A program made the translations under genes and the position numbers. Shown here piece after piece: positions 49,246 to 59,952 of a DNA stretch of 62,192 nt. Every line of letters starts with the position of its first letter. The stretch's first letter is position 1. Where the stretch lies: assembly GCA_964502375.1 (NCBI GenBank), contig CAZCWN010000002.1, positions 1 through 62,192 of the forward strand, written 5' to 3'. This DNA comes from an uncultured Rhizobium sp. (lineage in GTDB: Bacteria > Pseudomonadota > Alphaproteobacteria > Rickettsiales > UBA1997). The notes under the pieces are model-generated. The model saw only the letters and a program-made list of their open reading frames with translations. It had not been told where the DNA came from and did not search any database.

Positions 49246-50079
49246 TTAATGACCGAGCGCATTTTTAAATTCTTCAATCTGATCGTTGATAATTGGTGGG
49301 ATAAGGGGCAGTAAATCAGTTGCCATCATACCAATTGGGCCTTGTTTTTTGGCAATTAAATCTCCGGCTAGGCCGTGTATATCAACCCCCAAAATTGCGG
49401 CATCTTTGTGGCTTAGGCCTTGTGCCGTTAGGCCGGAAATGATACCAGCTAAAACATCACCCATTCCCGCCACTGCCATTCCTGGATTGCCGAATTTGCT
49501 TTTGTGAACAATTTTTCCTTCGCTGCAAATCAAGGTTCCATGGCCTTTTAAAGCTATGGTTGCGCCATATTTTTCGTAAAGTTTTTGAGCAGCTAATTCA
49601 CGGTTTTTTTGTATTTCTTCCACGGATACATCTAGTAAACGCGCGGCTTCTCCAGGATGAGGGGTGAGTACGGCATTTTCTAAATCAAATTTTTCTTTGC
49701 TTTCAGAAAGTAAATTTAAAGCGTCAGCATCAATTAATCTTGGTAAATTTCTGTGCATTACCACCGCAAATAATTCGCGTGCCCATTCAGATTTTCCAAG
49801 TCCTGGGCCAATTACTGCCACTGTTTTGCCGGTAAAAATTTCATCCCATTTTTTTTTAGAAACTATATCAGCACTTATGCTCATCGAGCTTGGAAGGCGT
49901 GAAATTAGTGCCGTTAAATTTTCTGCTCTGGTTAGAACAGTAACCCTTCCAGCGCCGGTTCTGTAGGCGGCTTCTGCTGTCATGATTATGGCGCCGCCCA
50001 TATTATAATCGCCGCCAATAGCTAAAACATGTCCAAAATCTCCTTTGTTGGCATCAATTTTTCTCTCCAAAATTTTCAT
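49246..50079 (-). CDS. nnrD: ADP-dependent NAD(P)H-hydrate dehydratase (YjeF C-terminal domain only)
   Basis: 277 aa. KGDFGHVLAIGGD, and GMGDVLAGI near the C-terminus. No epimerase N-domain. Confidence 0.85.
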   Translation of the reverse strand: MKILERKIDANKGDFGHVLAIGGDYNMGGAIIMTAEAAYRTGAGRVTVLTRAENLTALISRLPSSMSISADIVSKKKWDEIFTGKTVAVIGPGLGKSEWARELFAVVMHRNLPRLIDADALNLLSESKEKFDLENAVLTPHPGEAARLLDVSVEEIQKNRELAAQKLYEKYGATIALKGHGTLICSEGKIVHKSKFGNPGMAVAGMGDVLAGIISGLTAQGLSHKDAAILGVDIHGLAGDLIAKKQGPIGMMATDLLPLIPPIINDQIEEFKNALGH

Positions 50080-51596
50080 AAAATTTCAATAATGTTGTGG
50101 TGAATATTAAAATATTCCCGGGCGTATTGCATGGTCTCAGGCGAGCTGGCATGAATAGAGAAAATTGCTTCACCTTTTTTTACTTTATCACCAATTTTTA
50201 CATGCAAATCAATGCCAGCAGTTTTTTCTATTGGAGCGCCTGCGAGCTTAGCAATAAAGGACATGCGCCTATTGTCAATCTCTACTACTTTCCCAGTTTT
50301 TTGAGCGGAAATTTTTTGAATTTGTTGCGCTTGAGGGATTTTTTTTAAGCCTCCTTGGGCTTTGCAAATTGCCTGAAATTTTTGCCAAGCGGCCCCGCTA
50401 TTAAGGGTTTCTTCCGCAAGAGCTAATCCGTGGCCTTTTTTGATTCTTGGAGAAAATTCCAAAATTTTTGCTGCCAAAATTAACGCGCGATTACGTAAAT
50501 CTTGGGGAGCATTTTTATCATTTTTTAAAACTGCTAATAAGTCGCGTGCTTCAAGGGCTGGGCCAATTCCACAACCAACTGGTTGGCTTCCATCAGTGAA
50601 AATTGTTTCAATTTTAAGACCTAATTTTTTACCAGTTTTTACGAGAATTTTTTTTAATTGTTCAGCTGATTCCTTGCTGCGCACTTTGGCAGTTTTGCCA
50701 ATGGGAATATCAATTAAAACATGAGTAGAGCCGGCCGCCACTTTTTTTGACAAAATTGAAGCAACCATCTGGCCTTCAGAATCAAGATCTAAAACTCTTT
50801 CGACATTAATCAAAATATCATCAACCGGGCTAAGGCCGGCAGTTCCTCCCCAAGCTAGACAGGCTTTTTCCTTGGCGACAACTTTTTTTATTTTCGCAAT
50901 ACCAAGTTCCACATTGGTTAAAACTTCCATGGTGTCGGCGCTGCCAGATGAAGAAGTAATTGAGCGCGATGAAGTTTTTGGCATAGTCATGCCGCAAGCC
51001 GATACAATCGCAACAATTATAGGTGTAGTGCGGTTTCCCGGCAGGCCGCCAACGCAATGTTTATCCACCACCATTTTTTTGCCCCAATGAAGTTTATTGC
51101 CGGCTTTAACCATTGCCTCGGCCAAATAAAAAATTTCTTTTTCCGTCATACGATTGCCAGCGCAGGCGCTTAGGAAAGCGGCCATTTCAATATCGGAATA
51201 ATTATTTAGAGCAATGTCAGAAACCATTTGTTCGATTTCATTTTGCTCTAGATAATTGCCATAAATTTTAGAGCGCAAAAATTTCAGCGAATTTGGTTTA
51301 GGGGCATGGGCAATGGAAATTTTATCATCTTCTTTAGCTCCCAGCGTGCTCCATGCATAATCCGAAAGAGAAGCTTGATTATTGTTAAGCAAATTTGAGG
51401 AAACGAAATTTACCGTTATAGGCAGCGATTTTTTTCGCAGAGTAACATGAATTTGGCTTTTATGGCCCAGGGCTTCAGCAATAGAATTGCGATGATAATG
51501 ATGCAGATAAAGAACCGCTTCTTTATAACTATCAATGCCAAGTTTCTTTAGACGTAGCTTGGTGTGGCGTTGATTTGTGTTCGAAGATAATACCAT
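50076..51596 (-). CDS. Thymidine phosphorylase family protein, type 2 (AMP-phosphorylase-like, ~500 aa form)
   Basis: 506 aa. Extra ~90-aa N-terminal domain, DKHCVGGLPGNRTT, and KTSSRSITSSSGSADTME phosphate/nucleoside-site motifs. 4-nt overlap with nnrD. Confidence 0.8.
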   Translation of the reverse strand: MVLSSNTNQRHTKLRLKKLGIDSYKEAVLYLHHYHRNSIAEALGHKSQIHVTLRKKSLPITVNFVSSNLLNNNQASLSDYAWSTLGAKEDDKISIAHAPKPNSLKFLRSKIYGNYLEQNEIEQMVSDIALNNYSDIEMAAFLSACAGNRMTEKEIFYLAEAMVKAGNKLHWGKKMVVDKHCVGGLPGNRTTPIIVAIVSACGMTMPKTSSRSITSSSGSADTMEVLTNVELGIAKIKKVVAKEKACLAWGGTAGLSPVDDILINVERVLDLDSEGQMVASILSKKVAAGSTHVLIDIPIGKTAKVRSKESAEQLKKILVKTGKKLGLKIETIFTDGSQPVGCGIGPALEARDLLAVLKNDKNAPQDLRNRALILAAKILEFSPRIKKGHGLALAEETLNSGAAWQKFQAICKAQGGLKKIPQAQQIQKISAQKTGKVVEIDNRRMSFIAKLAGAPIEKTAGIDLHVKIGDKVKKGEAIFSIHASSPETMQYAREYFNIHHNIIEIL

Positions 51597-51661
51597 TTAA
51601 TTATTGGATATAATATAAGTTCTGCGGCTCTCTTCTCATAGCAAGATCAATTACAAAATTG

Positions 51662-53494
<1,833 letters not shown>

Positions 53495-53600
53495 CTATTT
53501 TTAGCTTATTTTCAAATTTGCATCGTTTTTCGCGCATCTTGCTTTTGTAAATGTATGCGAGGACAGAGATAGTATGGCGCTGTCATGCATTCGATTAGTT

Positions 53601-54410
53601 TTATTCTAGATTGGATGAGCTGGCGGATTTGACCACAAACTTATTTGGACGCATTGGTCGCGATACGATACGACTATAATAAAAGTGGCTGATCAGGGCT
53701 GCAAGCAAAAAACAGACCAACATCGAAACTACAGTGTCGCTTAAGAAATGTACGCCTTTTAACATTTGATAAATTCCGCAAATCCATCCCATGATTACAC
53801 CGCTCAACAAACCAATTATTCGATGCGATTTTTTTTCAAAAACAAAAAATAAAATCATCAATGTAAAGCCCGTGACGGCATGGCCCGCCGGAAAACATTT
53901 TCCAGGTTTTGCATCCATATTTTGTAAGTTTCCTTTTCGCAATTCTGTTACATTTAGATTGGGATTTTTTTCAATAATTTTGCTGTAAGCGTAATTACCA
54001 TCATAAATTATTAATTGATTTGGGCAGTAAATATTAGTGAATTTTTTTATATTTCCGGCAATTAAAGGAATTAGTGCGAAGCCTAGAAATATAAGGGCAA
54101 AACGGTGGCGATTGTGAAAAATAAATGGGCCAGGTTTTTTGCTTCTGAAAGCAAAAATTGTTAGTACAAAAAATATAAAAATAGCCGCGCCAAGCAATAT
54201 CTTCGGCATTTTATAAAAAATGGCTTTTTTGATAGGCTCATTTGCGTCAACCAGCCAGGTTTTATTAGAAAAATTGAAGAAATGATTTTGTAAATTTACG
54301 TCAAGATCAGAGTAATTAAAAAACAGCACAGCAGCAGCCAGCAAGATTAAATCAATAGTAATCCAAAAATTAATTTCGCTAATTTTGTTGGAAATTTTTA
54401 AGTTCACCAT
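53601..54410 (-). CDS. PAP2-family membrane phosphatase
   Basis: 269 aa polytopic. PAP2 motifs FPAGHAVTG and GVHFLSDT. The start overlaps the upstream gene by 32 nt. Confidence 0.8.
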   Translation of the reverse strand: MVNLKISNKISEINFWITIDLILLAAAVLFFNYSDLDVNLQNHFFNFSNKTWLVDANEPIKKAIFYKMPKILLGAAIFIFFVLTIFAFRSKKPGPFIFHNRHRFALIFLGFALIPLIAGNIKKFTNIYCPNQLIIYDGNYAYSKIIEKNPNLNVTELRKGNLQNMDAKPGKCFPAGHAVTGFTLMILFFVFEKKSHRIIGLLSGVIMGWICGIYQMLKGVHFLSDTVVSMLVCFLLAALISHFYYSRIVSRPMRPNKFVVKSASSSNLE

Positions 54411-56328
54411 TTTGGAATAAATAACTCGCAGTTTGATAATAGCTAATAGCTTCTTCTAAATCTTCTTCGTCATAATTTTCTGTTGGTTCTTCGCGAGAGC
54501 CATTCCAGCCAAATTTCTCTAAAGTTACATTGTAAAATTTAGCCTGCTTTTTTGGCTTCAAAACATAAAGCTTATTCTTTTTGAAATAACCAATGTCGGT
54601 GTAAGTGCTAATAAAAGAATGTTCATCAATAGTTTTTTCATTGAGTATAACATCGGTGCCAAAAAATTTTGATTTATAGCTCAAATTCATAATACCGAAA
54701 AGGGTTGGGGTAATATCAATTTGGCTGACATTTTTTTCAAAAATTCTTGGTTTGATAAGTTTTGGTGCATAAAAAATTACCGGGATTTGATAGCGCCATA
54801 AAGGAACTTCCGTATTACCAGCGCTGCCGGCGCAATGATCAGCAACAAAAATGAAAATTGTATTATCGAACCAAGGTTTTTTGCGCGCTTCTTCAAGTAA
54901 TTTTCCTATAGCATAGTCACTATATTTGACAGCACCATTGCGGCCAGTTTTCGGTTTTATATCAATTCTTCCTTCAGGGTAAGTGAAAGGGCGGTGGTTA
55001 GAAGTGGTCATTGCAAAATTCAAAAATGGCTTACCTGCCATAAAAGATTTATCAGCTTCACTTATAGTCTTTCTGAATAAATCCTCATCAGAAACGCCCC
55101 AGGCATTTGAAAAAGAAATTTCATTGCTGGAAAAATTTCTGCGATCAACAGTTTTAAAACCATTATTGGAGAAAAAATAATTCATATTATCGAAATAGCC
55201 GTCCCCACCATAAATAAATTTCGCCTCATAGCCGCGTTCTTTCAGCGGGCTTGAAATATTAAACAAATTTTCATTATGCGGGCGGCGGACGATTGAATTT
55301 CCTGGCGTTGGAGGAGTTGAAAGGACAAGTGCCTCAAGCCCTCGGACGGTGCGAGTTCCCGTGGCTTTTAAGCCTGTAAAAAATAGGCCTTCTTTTGCTA
55401 AAGCATCCAAATTCGGTGTAATATTTTGGTCATTACCAAAGGCAGCCATGAAATCAGCACTCATGCTTTCAAGTGCTATTAAAATTACGTTATATCTTTT
55501 TTCTGGCCCCATTTTTGGATGTGGAATCAAACGCGAAATATCTTCATCATTGAGGAACTCTGAGTGTGGCTCTTGCCCCGCAATTTTTTCACGCACCTTT
55601 GCAAGCGCTTCTTTTTGCTCCATCGAAAGATAAAGTTGGAGGTAATCTATCTGGTTATTGCGATAGGCTGAAAAAAGTTGGTAAATGCCATTTTCCGCAG
55701 CTTCGTTGATGTAATTGTTTCCTGAAATCCTGCTTATTTTTGAGCTATCAACAGTGAAAAAGGCAAGCAGTAATAAAGTGCAAAAAATAGCGAATTTTTT
55801 TAGACGCGATGAGAAATTTTTAACTTTTGGCTGAATAATTTTTTTGTAAGTAAAAAAGAAAATTACTGCTGAGGCGACAAAAATCATTCCGAATATTTGG
55901 AAAACAGGATAAGATTCTACTATATTGCTGATCACTTCTGTGGTATAAATCAGGTAATCAACGGCGATAAAATTAAATCGCATGTGAAATTCGTCCCAAA
56001 AAACTATTTCTGAGACGAAGGAAAAGATGAAAATATATAACAGCAAAAAGTAAAAAATGCCGTTTATGATTTGGTGTTTTTTTGAGTTAAAAAATTTATT
56101 CGGAATTAGAGTAAAATAAAGCAACGCTGGCAGAGCAAAATAAGCCAAGGTAATTAGATCAAAAAATAAACCGACTGCATAAACCTTCATTACCAGAAGC
56201 GGAGAAAAACTAATTTCTTTTCTTTCCCAAATTAAAAAAATTGTTCGCAGCAAAAATGACAGTGAGGCGAAGATAAGAAAGATTTGAGCCCAAGAAAATG
56301 ATTTAAAAAATTTACGATTTTTTTTCAT
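54379..56328 (-). CDS. Sulfatase-family membrane protein (LTA synthase / phosphoglycerol- or phosphoethanolamine-transferase-like)
   Basis: 649 aa. N-terminal multi-TM block (about residues 10-200) plus a periplasmic alkaline-phosphatase-superfamily domain ([30 protein letters not shown]). Confidence 0.8.
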   Translation of the reverse strand: MKKNRKFFKSFSWAQIFLIFASLSFLLRTIFLIWERKEISFSPLLVMKVYAVGLFFDLITLAYFALPALLYFTLIPNKFFNSKKHQIINGIFYFLLLYIFIFSFVSEIVFWDEFHMRFNFIAVDYLIYTTEVISNIVESYPVFQIFGMIFVASAVIFFFTYKKIIQPKVKNFSSRLKKFAIFCTLLLLAFFTVDSSKISRISGNNYINEAAENGIYQLFSAYRNNQIDYLQLYLSMEQKEALAKVREKIAGQEPHSEFLNDEDISRLIPHPKMGPEKRYNVILIALESMSADFMAAFGNDQNITPNLDALAKEGLFFTGLKATGTRTVRGLEALVLSTPPTPGNSIVRRPHNENLFNISSPLKERGYEAKFIYGGDGYFDNMNYFFSNNGFKTVDRRNFSSNEISFSNAWGVSDEDLFRKTISEADKSFMAGKPFLNFAMTTSNHRPFTYPEGRIDIKPKTGRNGAVKYSDYAIGKLLEEARKKPWFDNTIFIFVADHCAGSAGNTEVPLWRYQIPVIFYAPKLIKPRIFEKNVSQIDITPTLFGIMNLSYKSKFFGTDVILNEKTIDEHSFISTYTDIGYFKKNKLYVLKPKKQAKFYNVTLEKFGWNGSREEPTENYDEEDLEEAISYYQTASYLFQNGELKNFQQN

Positions 56329-56714
56329 TTCTTAAACATTTGTAACATTCGCCAAGTTACTAAAAATCCGCCAAAAATATTCACCGAAGCAATGGCGATA
56401 GCTAAGAAGGCGAGCATTGAAATTAAAGAGAAAGATTTAGCTGAGCCAAGCGTAATTATGGCGCCAACAATGATAACTCCAGAAATAGCGTTAGTTACGG
56501 ACATCAGCGGGGTGTGCAGTGCAGGCGTAACTTTCCAAACTACGAAATAACCCACAAAGCAAGCCAAAACAAAAATAGTAAATCCAAAAATAAATGGATC
56601 AGATCCACCGCTTTGTGATACTGAATAACTGAGTTCAGCTATTTTTTTAACCAGCAAATCAGAGTTATGAGTAATCTGATCGGAAATTTCGATTATTTCT
56701 TGTAGGTTGCTCAT
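56325..56714 (-). CDS. pntAB: NAD(P) transhydrogenase subunit alpha part 2 (membrane piece of a split PntA)
   Basis: 129 aa. [24 protein letters not shown] and [18 protein letters not shown] are characteristic of PntA domain II. Confidence 0.85.
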   Translation of the reverse strand: MSNLQEIIEISDQITHNSDLLVKKIAELSYSVSQSGGSDPFIFGFTIFVLACFVGYFVVWKVTPALHTPLMSVTNAISGVIIVGAIITLGSAKSFSLISMLAFLAIAIASVNIFGGFLVTWRMLQMFKK

Positions 56715-56843
56715 ATTAGTTATGTATTTTTAAGTAAAATTTGAGGTGTTGCGCTAAATCCAAGGCAGAATTTGTGAGTTCTAATACGTTATAGACTAAA
56801 TCATGATAAATCAGGAAAAAAGCTAAAAAATACCCAACCTTTG

Positions 56844-57362
56844 TCAATTAAAACTTATGCGTTTTTTATAAAGAAACAAAGCGAAAGCAGCGCAAACCAG
56901 GCAATAAATTAGATTCCAATTAGCCATTGAAAGATGCAGAAATTTGAAATTTGGTTCATCACATCTGACCGCTTTAGTGTTTAGTATTGCTGTTCTTAGC
57001 TCTTCTAAATCCTCGATTTTTTCAAGGCTTAGTACAGAGCAATTTGCTGGCCCTTTGAAAATTTTTTTCTCAACTCCACTATGATAAAAAGCTAATGCGG
57101 CATTACAAAATAAAAGAAAAACGCAGAAGAAAAAGAGCGAATTTTTTAACTTTTTCAATTTAAAAAAACCTAGAGCAATGCCACTCACGGCAATGATAGC
57201 AAAGAAGGGCCAGCGTTGATAAACGCATAAAATACAAGGCTGATAATCGAAAATAAATTGGCTTATATAAGCAAGAATAAGAGCAAATCCGGCAACACAA
57301 AAAAGTAATAGAAGCAAAGAGTTGATAGAAATTTTGTTTAAAAATCTGGATGGTAATTTCAT
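56844..57362 (-). CDS. dsbB: Disulfide bond formation protein B
   Basis: 172 aa, 4 TM. First-loop CILC (YQPCILCVYQRWPF) and a second periplasmic Cys pair (..NCSV.. / ..VRCDEP..). Confidence 0.85.
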   Translation of the reverse strand: MKLPSRFLNKISINSLLLLLFCVAGFALILAYISQFIFDYQPCILCVYQRWPFFAIIAVSGIALGFFKLKKLKNSLFFFCVFLLFCNAALAFYHSGVEKKIFKGPANCSVLSLEKIEDLEELRTAILNTKAVRCDEPNFKFLHLSMANWNLIYCLVCAAFALFLYKKRISFN

Positions 57363-58588
57363 AAACTCAAAACAGATTTTGCCAATTTTTTGCGCAGTTC
57401 AACTGCTGGCTGGTCAAAGGGGTTAATATTTTTGGCATAAGCAATTATAATAGTTTCTAAGAACATCCGCATCATTAAGCTTCCCAACACTTCTTCATCA
57501 ATTTTTTTGATAGTGAAAATTCTAATCGGCAATTTTTTGCGATTCAAAACTTCGATAGTTGTTTCTTGCTCTATTCCAACAATTTTGCTTAATTTTTTGC
57601 CACCAAATAAAGTTTTGCAACTTTTTAAATCTTTTATGGCGAAATCATGAGGTGGTTTTTTATTGGTAATAAAAGTGAAAAATTTGTCTTTTGGTCCATC
57701 TAAATAAAGTTGCAGCTGGCTGTGTTGATCAATTGTGCCCATTGAGTTTATGGGTGTTGAGCCAAAATTATTTTTCCCTAAAGATTCTGCCCAAAGCTGT
57801 CTATACCAATCAGTGAAATTTTTTAGATTATCAACATAAGGCATGATCACATTATTAAAAAAGCCGCTTTCGTAAAGAGCTAGTTGGGTTGCACAGGAAT
57901 TGCTTACTTCTTCTTGATTTAGAAAATTTTCAATAATCTTTTTTGCACCTTTGCGAACGGCCGCTACATCAACGCCGGCAAGCATCGCTGGCAATAGACC
58001 AACAATTGAAAAGCAGGAATATCTGCCGCCGATTCTGTCACAATGAGAAGTAATTTCAGCGCCGATTTCTTTAGCGATTTTGGCTAGAGAATTTGTTTTG
58101 GATTCAGTGATAAAAAGAAATTGTTCAGCAAAGTTTTTGATTTTTGCTTTCTTGATTTCTTCTAAAATTATCAATGTTTGGCAGAGGGTTTCAATAGTTT
58201 CGCCTGATTTGCTTATGACTAAAAAAAATGTATTTTTTAAGTCAATTTGAGTTAGGCAATTTTTAACCGTGGTTGGGTCAATAGATTCAAGAAATTCTAA
58301 TTTATGAAATTTACTATTGTGACCAAAAGCGCTTAGAGTTTTGCCGCCAAGGCTTGATCCTCCTACGCCAAGCACAAGAATTTTTTTATATGAAGAAATT
58401 TTTTTGCAAAAATTTTCCATTAATTTCAAATCTTGCCCATCAAAAATTACGTCAATAAAAGCGAGCTTTTTTTCCTTAATTTCTGTGCGTAAAATTTCGG
58501 CAGATTTTTGGCAATCCTTCTGCAATCTTTTTAAATTTTTAAGAGAAGAAATATTTTTGAATTGCTCGGAATATAGAGAAATAGGCAT
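57359..58588 (-). CDS. pgi: Glucose-6-phosphate isomerase (short ~410-aa form)
   Basis: 409 aa. GVGGSSLGGK, ISKSGETIET, and a GTIDQHSQLQ-type active-site region. Confidence 0.88.
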   Translation of the reverse strand: MPISLYSEQFKNISSLKNLKRLQKDCQKSAEILRTEIKEKKLAFIDVIFDGQDLKLMENFCKKISSYKKILVLGVGGSSLGGKTLSAFGHNSKFHKLEFLESIDPTTVKNCLTQIDLKNTFFLVISKSGETIETLCQTLIILEEIKKAKIKNFAEQFLFITESKTNSLAKIAKEIGAEITSHCDRIGGRYSCFSIVGLLPAMLAGVDVAAVRKGAKKIIENFLNQEEVSNSCATQLALYESGFFNNVIMPYVDNLKNFTDWYRQLWAESLGKNNFGSTPINSMGTIDQHSQLQLYLDGPKDKFFTFITNKKPPHDFAIKDLKSCKTLFGGKKLSKIVGIEQETTIEVLNRKKLPIRIFTIKKIDEEVLGSLMMRMFLETIIIAYAKNINPFDQPAVELRKKLAKSVLSL

Positions 58589-58699
58589 TGGAGATAGGGT
58601 TATTGAATTTTATGCTTGTTCTAGTTCTGAGAATTTTTAAAGTGAAGAGCTTGTAATATTGGAATGGGCCCCTAAGTTTAGTTGTTCTTTCCATAAGAT

Positions 58700-58774
58700 G
58701 GCTGGGTAGCAAAGTGGTAATGCAAGAGCCTGCAAAGCTTTTATGCGTCGGTTCGATTCCGACCCCGGCCTCCA
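58700..58774 (+). tRNA. tRNA-Cys (anticodon GCA), CCA encoded
   Basis: GGCTGGGTAGCAAAGTGGTAATGCAAGAGCCTGCAAAGCTTTTATGCGTCGGTTCGATTCCGACCCCGGCCTCCA. Acceptor stem GGCTGGG/CCCGGCC (one G-U pair), anticodon loop CTGCAAA, T-arm GTCGG-TTCGATT-CCGAC, discriminator U. Confidence 0.88.
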
Positions 58775-58791
58775 ATTATTCCCGTCTCCAA

Positions 58792-59463
58792 TTATTTTTT
58801 TCTCTTCTCAATTCTTGGTGATCTAAGATAAATTGGTTCTAGGTTTTCTGTGGTCTCAAAATTTTCTTGAAATCTTTCGTAGGCTAGAAGCCCTACTAGC
58901 TCAGCTGTTACCTCATCTTTTCCTTCTTCCATTTCAAAGCTGCGATTTTGTTTTTGCAAAATTTCAGCAGCAATTTTTTTGCCAGAACCGCAGAGGAAAA
59001 AATTGGTTTTTGGTAAAATTTCTAAAAGCTCTTCAACTCTTGCTAAAAAAGGCTCAGTGACTTGTTCTATTTTTTGATTTTTGGAAAAAAATTCAGCACA
59101 AAAAAATTCATCCATACTGGCATCAATTACAGTGAAAATTTTTCCTGATTTATAGCGATATTTATAAGCAATGGCCTCGCAGGAGTTAACCAAGATTAAT
59201 GGCAGGTTGGTGGCAATTTTAAGGGTGCGGGCCACGCTAAGCCCAATTCTACTTGCAGTGAAACTGGCAGGGCCGTTGGTGGCGGCAATCAAATCTAAAT
59301 CTTCATACCAAATTTTGTTTTGTGTTAGCGTTTTCTCAATTTCAAAAATTAGTAGTTCGGACTGTTTATTATTTTCATAAACAATATTTTTGCTGAGAAT
59401 TTTTTGCTCAGAAAGCAACGCTACCGACAGGCAGGAAGAAGTACTAAAAGCCAGCGTTTGCAT
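58792..59463 (-). CDS. tsaB: tRNA threonylcarbamoyladenosine biosynthesis protein TsaB
   Basis: 223 aa. YeaZ-type N-terminus (LAFSTSS..LSVALL) and NGPASFTASRIG. Confidence 0.85.
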   Translation of the reverse strand: MQTLAFSTSSCLSVALLSEQKILSKNIVYENNKQSELLIFEIEKTLTQNKIWYEDLDLIAATNGPASFTASRIGLSVARTLKIATNLPLILVNSCEAIAYKYRYKSGKIFTVIDASMDEFFCAEFFSKNQKIEQVTEPFLARVEELLEILPKTNFFLCGSGKKIAAEILQKQNRSFEMEEGKDEVTAELVGLLAYERFQENFETTENLEPIYLRSPRIEKRKK

Positions 59464-59939
59464 TAGTTAATGACGCCCTTCACGCTTGGAACATCTAGCG
59501 AAAAAGTAGGGATTCGGACATTGAAAATTTTATCATCAACTGCGTTGCCTATTTTTTTCATTTGATATTCGCCCGTCATTATGCCTGAAGGGTGGCGCAA
59601 ATGAACGCCGCTGCTATATTGATATGAGCAATTTGGTCGGATAAGCGGCTGTTCTCCCACCACTCCTTCGCCACTTACTTCTTGCAAATTGCCTTTCTCA
59701 TCAAAGATACGCCAATGACGATTTAGAAGTTTTATGGAATCAAGGCTTTTATTGTCGATTCTGATATGATAAGCCCAAATGAATAAATCGCCAAGAACAC
59801 TGGATTTACTGTCAATAAATTCTGGCCAAACTGTAATTTGAATATCGCTAGTAATGGCGGTATAAGGGCTGGTTAGAGAGCCGCAACTAATGTCTGGTAG
59901 GCTTTCTTCAATTTTATTGAATTTTGATAATCTTGCCAT
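59463..59939 (-). CDS. apaG: ApaG (DUF525) protein
   Basis: 158 aa. WAYHIRIDNKS, LLNRHWRIFDEKGN..VSGEGVVGEQP, and GIMTGEYQM. TAATG overlap with tsaB. Confidence 0.88.
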   Translation of the reverse strand: MARLSKFNKIEESLPDISCGSLTSPYTAITSDIQITVWPEFIDSKSSVLGDLFIWAYHIRIDNKSLDSIKLLNRHWRIFDEKGNLQEVSGEGVVGEQPLIRPNCSYQYSSGVHLRHPSGIMTGEYQMKKIGNAVDDKIFNVRIPTFSLDVPSVKGVIN

Positions 59940-59952
59940 TTTGTGAAAATAT

